This document shows, one piece after another, positions 18,805-28,823 of a stretch of DNA of 28,823 nt; the stretch's first letter is position 1; every line of letters starts with the position of its first letter. Below the pieces are notes generated by a model. The model was given only the letters and a program-made list of their open reading frames with translations, made no database searches and had not been told where the DNA came from. Made by a program: the position numbers and the translations under genes. The stretch lies in assembly GCF_006345805.1 (NCBI RefSeq), contig NW_021834106.1, forward strand, positions 1-28,823, written 5' to 3'. The stretch comes from Octopus sinensis. Its lineage: Eukaryota.

Positions 18805-19022
18805 GTAGTTTTATTTTTATAGCGTGCTTTCACTTCACTACCGAGCGCAGCTCTGTGTGCCTTGGGTATGTGCTGTGATTTGTTGTGATGCTCTGATGGT
18901 TATTGTATGGAAAGTGTTCTGTGTAGGATGTGTGCAGTGCCTAGTAGTGCAATTTTCTGTATGTTATATGGTGTTTTTGTTATGTATTTGTCTGAATATT
19001 TTTTTATCATGCCTAATGCACC
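18805..19022 (-). mobile_element. R4/Dong-like RLE retrotransposon, extreme 3' fragment
   Basis: 18900-19022 (-) translates GALGMIKKYSDKYITKTPYNIQKIALLGTAHILHRTLSIQ*, the GALG...QK..LLGTA.IL end of the restriction-like endonuclease domain. Flanked on both sides by (TAA)n. Not in the ORF track. Confidence 0.8.
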
Positions 19023-19107
<85 letters not shown>

Positions 19108-19108
<1 letters not shown>

Positions 19109-19312
19109 TTTGAGTGAGAGAGCAGTGCATGCCATCAAAGTGACACTGGGGTAAAATATACGAAGCCCAGTATACTCATCATGACTACCCGTCTGATAAG
19201 GGTACACTAGGCACATGCAACACAACCATATGTGCGCGACATGGTGATCTCATATCAAGATTAACAGCACATGACCTTGCCGGTGGGCCCAGTTGGAATT
19301 TTCTTCTGGTCG
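19108..19312 (-). repeat. Unclassified non-repetitive fragment abutting a (TAA)n tract, possibly a LINE 3'UTR
   Basis: Ends sharply at (AAT)n on the minus strand; no coding signature recognised. Confidence 0.35.
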
Positions 19313-19545
19313 AGTAACGAGAATTGTTAGCACACAGACAAAAATATTTATCAGGACTTTGTCCGTCTTATATACTGAGTTCAGATTCCGCCGAGGTCGA
19401 CTATGCCTTTCATAATGCTGGGGTCGATAAATTAAGAACCAGTTGAGTACTGGGGTCGATGTAATCATCTTACTCCCTCCCCCAAATTTCAGGCCTTGTG
19501 TCTATACTAGAAAGGATTATTATTGTTGTTGTTGTTGTTGTTGTT
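19313..19545 (+). mobile_element. SINE family D with ATT/GTT tail
   Basis: GAGTTCAGATTCCGCCGAGGTCGAC...GGGGTCGATAAATTAAG...GGCCTTGTG.CTATACTAGAAAGGATTATTATT(GTT)n. Confidence 0.88.
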
Positions 19546-20510
<965 letters not shown>

Positions 20511-20580
<70 letters not shown>

Positions 20581-20597
20581 CATTATTATTATTATCA
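20511..20597. repeat. (TTA)n microsatellite
   Basis: Read directly; abuts the 5' truncation point of the R4/Dong-like copy. Confidence 0.95.
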
Positions 20598-20870
20598 TAG
20601 TGGTGGTGGTGGTGGTGTTTGGGAATGGGTATCAAAAGGTGGGGTGGGTGGTGAAATAACTAGGCTTGATATCTTGTTCATTGGAGGAATATACACATGC
20701 ACGCATACAGAGATGTGCTCAAAATTATAAATATATATATAGATATATACACTCACCCCCCCCCACATATATATATATATATATATATTATATACATATA
20801 TATACAAGCGTAGACACACTGGTAAATACGTATGTATATATGTATATGAATGTGTGTGTTTGTAAGCATG

Positions 20871-20901
<31 letters not shown>

Positions 20902-21509
20902 TCATGCATACACATATTCATATGCAAATACGTGGCAAGATTTAAGACAGTTTCCGTTCAAAGGGCTTTCAAAAAACTTTTACAATTACAAGTTTTAATG
21001 TCAGGGACTCTACCGGTAGTAGTATTGGATAAGTTATGCAAATACTATATACATAAGTACATACACACATATAAAGATACATCGATACATAAATGAATAG
21101 ATAATTAGCAAGACAGACAGACCGGCAGACAGGACAGATAGACAGACAGACAGATAGATAAATAGATAGATAGATATCATAACCGTCTATCAGTCTTTGT
21201 ATCAGTACATCTATATAACGGTCTGCCTGAGTATTGAAATATCGATCTAACTGTTTACCATATCTTCTGTCTGTTTATCTAAATATCTGTTTAGATATAT
21301 GAAGTCTGTAACTTCATATATCTGACACTCTAAACATTCATTTATCTAAGCGTCTATCTATCTCAGGTTCTCTCTTCCCAATCACCCCACCCATAAATAT
21401 ACACACATAGACATATATATACATATATGTGTGTGTGTGTATGTATATATATACATTTATATTTATGCATATATGTCAATGTGATGGTTCGTAAACAGTT
21501 ATATTTGTA

Positions 21510-21668
<159 letters not shown>

Positions 21669-21958
21669 TTAAAAAATAGGTTAAAATCTTAATAAGAAAT
21701 TATCAAGTAGTTAGCGTGAAAAACCTCATAAGAGAAACAATCTGTAAATTTTTTCACTTGAAAATATTTATTTATATTAAATAGAGAGCAGTATTACACA
21801 TAAATGCCGCACGCTAGGGGGGACTTTTAAAGTCATAAATACCAAATAAAAACAAATCGTACCGAATGCAATTCTCGAAGCGAGTCATTTAAAAACAGAA
21901 TTTAGCTACAGATCACCTGTGACTTCGCAATCAACGCAGTAGCGCTGTCCCTATATAA

Positions 21959-21999
<41 letters not shown>

Positions 22000-22312
22000 T
22001 TTGTATATATATATATATATATATAAACAAAACAGAAAATTGGAAATATTTTGGTATTATTTATCCACCATCACACGTGTTCCATTCGCTGGATCGTAAT
22101 AATGGAATAAACAGATGTTCTTGAAGAGGTGACAGATGAATTTACCCTAACACCTATAATATATACATATATATATATATAGTCAATAGGAGGTTATTTG
22201 GAACTTTTCTAGGGATATTTTTAACTAAGATACACTTGTTTAATATATTGTATTTTGAAGAGATATTTTTTCAGTGAATATATTATAGAAATATCGTAAA
22301 ATATCAAATCTT

Positions 22313-22758
22313 ATTATTAAGTATGAAAACGGAGATACAATGGTTACAAATTAATTTATCGATTAATTAACATCTTCGGCTACAATTGTTTCATTTCACA
22401 ACCAAAATTAAAACTACAAAACATATATAAACATATACTCTTGCATTTTAAAATACCTTGGATGGAAAGTCATCAGGGTGCACAAAAGGACAATACAAGG
22501 ACTACATTGTGATCCGTTAGAATACTCAGAATATATAATCATGTTTATTATGTGTGTCACATAATAATCTTTGTATTGTCCTTTGGTACACCCTGATGAT
22601 TTTCCATCCAATGTATTTTAAACTGCAAGATTATATATTTATACATGCTTCGTAGTTTTAATTTTGGTTGTGAAATGAAACAATTGTAGGTGAATATGTT
22701 AAATAAATAATAAATTAATTTGTATCCATTAGATCCCTCCCGTTTCATATTTAGTAAT
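22313..22758. mobile_element. Foldback/MITE-like element with ~200-bp inverted arms
   Basis: Arms 22313-22512 and 22557-22758, 44-nt loop, including a perfect 37-bp core (22381-22417 vs 22652-22688). Superfamily not assignable; possible TTAA/TTAG at the ends. Confidence 0.8.
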
Positions 22759-22760
22759 TT

Positions 22761-22833
<73 letters not shown>

Positions 22834-22869
22834 TCATGTATGTATGTACATATGTATAGTAAATCCCAA

Positions 22870-23050
22870 AACAAACAAAAACAATAACACGAGAACGTGG
22901 TACATGTAATGTATTAGCAGACGTTCAAGAAAGTAAAGAAAGTGGGTTTAACGTTTTGAGCAGACGCTCTTCTTCGGAAACAGAGGAAAGTCCAATAGAA
23001 GAGAAGACAAAAACAAAACACCAACGATTCACATGTGTTTACACATTTTT
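22870..23050 (-). mobile_element. Penelope-like element terminal fragment
   Basis: Related to 1060-1250; carries a hammerhead-like fold. Boundaries approximate. Confidence 0.5.
22946..22981 (-). ncRNA. Minimal type-I hammerhead-like motif, probably inactivated (U4C, G12A)
   Basis: GUUU CCGAAGA A GAGC-GUCU-GCUC AAAA C GU U AAAC. Confidence 0.5.
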
Positions 23051-23278
23051 ATTCGTTCACTCTCCCTCTTTTACCTCTCAATCCCTTCTGTCAAAGAGTA
23101 AAGCTCGAGATGTCAAAGACTCTTCCATTCTTCCCGATCGTTAAACTAATACACCTTCTTGTTGTTCCCTCAACTGTCTTCGTCTTTTGTTTGCTCTGTG
23201 TGTGCGTGTATATATATATATAAAACAATGCGTATATATATATTAACAGTGTATATATAATAATAATAATAATAATGA

Positions 23279-23346
<68 letters not shown>

Positions 23347-23525
23347 GAGAATATAATTCCAAACTTACAGGGAAAAATTCAGTTTAGTAATATTAAATCA
23401 AATTTCACAATATATGGTACATGTAATATATATATATATATATAATATTATATATACACATACACACACACACACACATACACATAAACACACACACACA
23501 CACACACATATATATTATATACACC

Positions 23526-23964
23526 TTTTACTTTCAATGTGTTTCAGTCATTAGACTGCAGCCCATGCTGCAGCACTGCCTTAGCGATATTTAGCCGAAC
23601 GAACCTTCCTCAGTGATCATATTTTTTCTACTTCTATTGCCGAGAGGACGTAAGCACACACCAACACCAGTTGTCAAGCTGAGGTGGGGGACAAACAGAC
23701 ACAATGTCTCACACACACACACACACACCACACACACACGCAAACACACATACACACACAAACACACACAAACACACACGCACACACGCAAACACACATA
23801 CACACACACACACACATTTCCCATCAACCAAATCCACTTAGAAATATTTGGCCGGCCCGGAGCTATAATAGAAAACGTTTTGCTCAGAGTGCCACGTAGT
23901 GGATCTGAACCAGGAACCATTTGTTGAGGAAGTGAACGTCTTACCACACAACCATGCCTACGCC
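23526..23964 (-). mobile_element. SINE family A, old diverged copy
   Basis: Whole layout recognisable (tail GTTTCAGTCATTAGACTGC, internal CA tract, head rc ACCACACAACCATGCCTACGCC) but heavily substituted. Confidence 0.85.
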
Positions 23965-23975
23965 TATATGTATTG

Positions 23976-24386
23976 TTCTTTTGTTCTTTTACTTGTTTCA
24001 GTCATTTGACTGCGGCCATGCTGGAGCACAGCCTTTAGTCGAGCAAATCGAACTTAGTCTTTGTAAGCCTAGTACTTATTCTATCGGTCTCTTTTGCCGA
24101 ACCGCTAAGTTACGGGGACATAAACACACCAGCACCGGTTGTCAAGCGATGTTGGCGGGGGGGGGGACAAACACAGGCAGACATACAAATATATACACAC
24201 ATATACACATATATACATATATACGACAGGCTTCTTTCAGTTTCCGTCTACCAAATCCACTCACGAGGCTTTGGTCGGCTCGAGGCTATAGTAGAAGACA
24301 CTTGCCCAAGATGCCACGCAGTGGGACTGAACCCGGAACCATGTGGTTGGTAAGCAAGCTACTTACCACACAGCCACTCCTACGCC
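23976..24386 (-). mobile_element. SINE family A, full length, young
   Basis: Close reverse complement of 6183-6596. Confidence 0.95.
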
Positions 24387-24469
24387 TATACATACAACGA
24401 CTATCAGAATTTACGAAATCACTGTGTAACTAGATTAGCTAACTGCACATTCCCACACACACACACACC

Positions 24470-24505
24470 CAGAGCTACACACGCAGATGCTTGCACACAC
24501 ACATA

Positions 24506-24545
<40 letters not shown>

Positions 24546-24626
24546 CTACACACGCAGACGCTGGCACACACACACACAGACAGACACGCACACACACACA
24601 GAACTACACACGCAGACGCTGGCACA
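24470..24626. repeat. Three copies of CAGAGCTACACACGCAGAYGCTKGCAC separated by (CA)n
   Basis: Starts 24470, 24541 and 24599. Confidence 0.9.
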
Positions 24627-25819
24627 CAAACTCACTCGCATACTCCACCACGAACAGTAAACCTGTGCTGACTCCCCAGAAATAAAACAAGTAAACTAGG
24701 AGAATATTCCTAAAGGACAGGGCACCGGCACAACTTAAACAACCCCAAAAGTTTGTAAATATAGGGTGGGAGAAAAAAAAAAACAAGATTTCCACCAGCC
24801 CCCATCAGACCATTGACAACTGGTAGCGAATATGTATGTGTGACCCTTGCTTTTCACACCTTGTCAAAATTTGCCCTTTGCAATCATCATTGTCCGAAAG
24901 ATTTATTTAGAAATCTGAAGACCTTTACAGAAGCTAAAATTACAACATATTCAGCACAAAGGTTTTTGCTGCCGAAGAGGGAAGAGGAGGAAGAGAACGA
25001 GGGGTGGAGGAGAAGGAGGAGGAAGGGGAGGAGAAAGAGGAAAGGAAAAGGAAAAGGGGAGAAATAAGTCAGTGTCTTATCAGAGTTAGGTTTAGGCGCT
25101 AGTGTTATGGTGGGGATAGTGTGAGGTGTGTGTGTGTATATATATATATAATACATACATACACGTACATATATACATACATATTTTTATGCATATATAT
25201 TTATACTTATATATATGCGCACACATGCATATATATATATATAATGATATATATATATATCCATAAATACATATTTGTCATTTATGTGTGTATATATATA
25301 TATTATACGCACGCATACATATATTCCTATAATAATATATATATATATTATATATATATATTTATATATCATTGGCTCAACCCCTCTTGCCATCGACACA
25401 ATATCGCAACCTTTATCATCAACACCACCACCACCACCATCAGCACCACTACTTCCACGCTTACCTCGACCTCGACTACCACCAATAAACGACAACAGTA
25501 GCACCAGCACCACCACCACCACCACCATCACCACCATCCACTGCTTGCAAATGAGCAGGCGTACGCATATGACATTTCCAGTTGCCCCTTGCTTCTTGCA
25601 ACTCGCATTCATGTCAATATTGATGCAAGAGTCAGTCAGCAAGAGCGGCCCGGCTGCGCTATCTAAGCAAACACACAATTATGCAAAATATCGAATATAG
25701 AAGAGAGATAATCATAGTTGAAAAAAAAATAATATTCTCCAAATACGCATGCGCACACAAAGAAGACTTCAAAAAAAATTAACAACAACGATAAAAATAA
25801 TATAACTCCTTCCACTTTA

Positions 25820-26673
25820 AGCTCAAAGCCTGAAATTTTGTGGGGCGATCCTGGTGATTGGTTTGTACTTTATTTTTATCAGCACCGAAAGGATGAGAAG
25901 CAAAGTAAACCTCTGTGGTCGGCGTAGCCGGTATTTCGTCTGCCGTTACGTTCTGAGTTCAAATTCCGCCCGAGGTCGACTTTGCCTTTCATCCTTTCGG
26001 GGTCGATTAAATAAGTAACAGTTACGCACTGGGGTCGATATAATCGACTTAATCCGTTTGTCTGTCCTTGTTTGTCCCCTCTGTATGTAGCCCCTTGAGG
26101 GCAGTAAAGAAATAAGTATTTGAAATATACTACAGCCGGGAGAAATATCCCATAGCAATTTGTCTTGCGCGATAACGACTCTGAAACCTCGCCGCCTACT
26201 TTCTACTAAAGGTTCAAGACGTGAAATTTTGTGGTGAGAAGCTGGTCGATTACTTCGACAGCAGTGCTCAGCTGGTATAAGGCGGCGAGCTTGCAGAAAC
26301 GTTTGCACGCCAGGCGAAATATTTTAGCAGTATTTCGTCTGCCGTTACGTTCTGAGTTCAAATTCCGCCCGAGGTCGACTTTACCTTTCATCCTTTCGGG
26401 GTCGATTAAATAAGTACTAGTTATGATGATGATGATGATGATGAGAAGGAGGAATTTTTATGCAAAGTCAGCAATTTAGGGAAACGGGTTAGTCGACTAC
26501 TTCGACCGCACTATTTAACGGGTACTTTATTTTATCGACCCGGTGAGAATGAAACGCAAAGTTGATCACGGCAGAATTTGAACTCACAACGTAAAGAAAT
26601 GCTGCTAAGCAAACTGTCCGACACGCTAACGATTCTCCCAGCCAATTTACTGATTAAACGCTCAAGGCCTGAA

Positions 26674-26707
<34 letters not shown>

Positions 26708-27100
26708 AGGCTCGTCGATTACATCGATCCTAGTACTCGAGTAGTAATTATTTTATCGACCCCAAAATGAAGAATGACAAAGTCGATCTCGGCAGAATTC
26801 GAACCCAGAACGTTAAGCTAGAAGAAATGCCGATAGGCATTTCGTCAGGAGTGCTAACAACTCAGCCGAATATTAGAAATGGCATGGAGTTTTAGCACAA
26901 TTCCAATAATTTTTACGGAATTATATCACTTAGATGAAATCCTGCGGCTCAACTGGTAACTGGTTTGTTTTGCGGCCACGATAGGACTGCAAAAAAAAAA
27001 AAAAAAGACGAGGGCGACCTGGATGGGATTTGAACTCAGGATGTAAAAGTTTCTGAACGAACATTGCAAGACATTTATTCCGAGGTTCTAGTAGTTCTAC
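25820..27100. mobile_element. Cluster of about seven SINE family D copies/fragments in both orientations
   Basis: (-) 25820-25914, (+) 25931-26120, (-) tail 26205-26278, (+) 26280-26423, (-) 26445-26643, (-) 26657-26868, (-) degenerate 26941-27100. Confidence 0.85.
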
Positions 27101-27420
27101 CAAATGACAACAACAACAACAGTAACAACAACAAAAACAACAACTGCAACATCAACAGAAACGAAAAGCAAGTTGTATTTGCATATATTATACGCACCCC
27201 CCACCCGTCCTTGAGGATTCTGCAACCATAAAACAAACATAGTAATATACGCACGTATACACACAGGCATGCGTGCGCACGGGCGCAATCTAAATTGTAC
27301 AAATTATACAATAAACAGCTTTATCTTGGTGTTTAATTAGTTGGCATTTTGGCATTTTGCTTCTCCAAACACTTCGAAATAAGTGCTCCTGAAATTGCAT
27401 ATGGGAGTGTGTCGATACGC

Positions 27421-27451
<31 letters not shown>

Positions 27452-27889
27452 TGTATGTATGTATGTATGTATGTATGTATGCATGCATGCATGTATGTAT
27501 ATGTGTGTGTATCTATGTATATGTGTGTGTATGTGTGTTATAACATATGTTCAGATATACAAAAAAAGAAATATCATAAAACAGTGGGAAAGGAACTCAA
27601 TCCATGATCTGGAGTAAAATATAAACAAGACTTCCAAAAGCTTGCTTCAAGGCCAATTACGGAACCAATGTCACCTTTTAAAAATGCGTGTATAAGCACA
27701 CACACACATACACACAATATGCACATACATGGTACATACAAACACATGCATGAGCCTGTATATATACTTACATATATATTTACATTTATATGTATGTATG
27801 TTTTTATGTATGTTTGTATGTATGTGTGTGTGTATGTATGTATGTATGCATGTATGTATGTATGTATGTATGTATGTATGTATATATGG

Positions 27890-28050
27890 ACGTTACCCTG
27901 TAGTTTCCATTGATCAAATTCACCCTCGAGCCATCATTTGATGCAGAGTTGTATAGCAGAAGACATTTGCGAAGGTGCTGCGCATTGTAACTGAACCTGG
28001 ATATACGTAGTCGCAAAGCGAGTTCTTAACCACTCAGCCATACCTGCGCC
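27890..28050 (-). mobile_element. SINE family A-related head, old
   Basis: rc GGCGCAGGTATGGCTGAGTGGTTAAGAA...GGTTCAGTT...CACCTTCGCAAATGTCTTCTGCTATA; continues into a (TATG)n tract. Confidence 0.75.
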
Positions 28051-28823
28051 TGCACACCACTCCAAGACAAGAGGAAATATAAAACAAGAAAAGAATGAAA
28101 AGGTGGCTCTACAGCAGAATACCCGTCCATAATCCTTTCGCACAACTCCAAAAGTAAGGGACGGAAAATAGGAAATGGTTCTGAGACGGATACCTGCAAC
28201 AATTGTTTGCTATACAATTGACGCCGCCAAAAATATCCTCCAGTTAATGCTGTTGAGTATAAATTTGATGATGTGAAGAGGGTGGTTTGAATAAGTACGG
28301 GGGTATAATGGGATGCTGTTTATTTTTAATAAAGCAAAATTGGTATTTATTCAATAATTAAAGCCTTGATGTAGTGCTCTTTTGTTTGCTACACTGACAA
28401 TAATGTGAGAAAATTTTTAGTATTATAACTGTTTCATTTTCTCATAACGCTTCCTTTCAATTCAAATGATGACCATGTACATAAATATAACTGAATAAAT
28501 ACGTAGTATTTGCATGTAAAATGACATTATAATTCTTAAAAAATTAAAACAACAGTATTTCAAATTTTACAGAAACGTTCTTTCGGGATTTTTTTTTTCA
28601 TTACTATTCGTCTTAGAAACGTTTTTCTCTATGTTTTCAATTCAATTGATGGTCGGTTACGTAAATATAAGTATATACATATATTTCGCTTGCATTTGAA
28701 CTGAATAAATATATTTTGTTTGCATTTATAATTACATTTTCATACTTGCAGAAGGAAAAGAAAAAAACAGAAGCGTTTGAAACAACGATATTTCTAAATT
28801 GTAGAGAGCAAAATAATGATTAT

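Noticed and set aside
22121-22151. Plus-strand TTGAAGA GGTGA...TTACC hammerhead-like remnant
   Set aside because: No GAAA, C3 missing, no stem I.
23954-24433. 159-aa ORF and similar ones (5287-5754, 6157-6417, 8572-8814, 25946-26308)
   Set aside because: Translations of SINE sequence; the same peptides recur wherever the SINE does.
28051-28320. Unique segment with open minus-strand frames
   Set aside because: Several frames partly open, none recognisable, no consistent splice-site pair.

Overview
Eukaryotic, AT-rich, microsatellite-saturated genomic DNA. The repeat families and the extreme load of di/tri/tetranucleotide repeats point to a coleoid cephalopod, most likely Octopus (inference, no database check). 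No protein-coding gene can be called with confidence. Almost all ORFs in the track come from simple repeats or SINEs, and the only clearly protein-like ones are decayed non-LTR retrotransposon ends: RTE-like with three C2H2 fingers, Tx1/L1-like with a CCHC finger, and two R4/Dong-like restriction-like endonuclease ends. The window holds about 25 tRNA-derived SINE copies in four related families with swapped modules, a Helentron-type non-autonomous element, a ~445-bp foldback element, degenerate 95-bp and 32-bp tandem arrays and several perfect inverted repeats. There is one weak candidate 81-nt exon (+, 16510-16590). The most notable signal is four hammerhead-ribozyme-like folds, all on the minus strand. 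One sits in a 135-nt hairpin inside a 343-bp direct-repeat unit (retrozyme-like architecture), one has an intact core (17421-17465), and two are Penelope-type minimal variants. Family labels A-F are my own.
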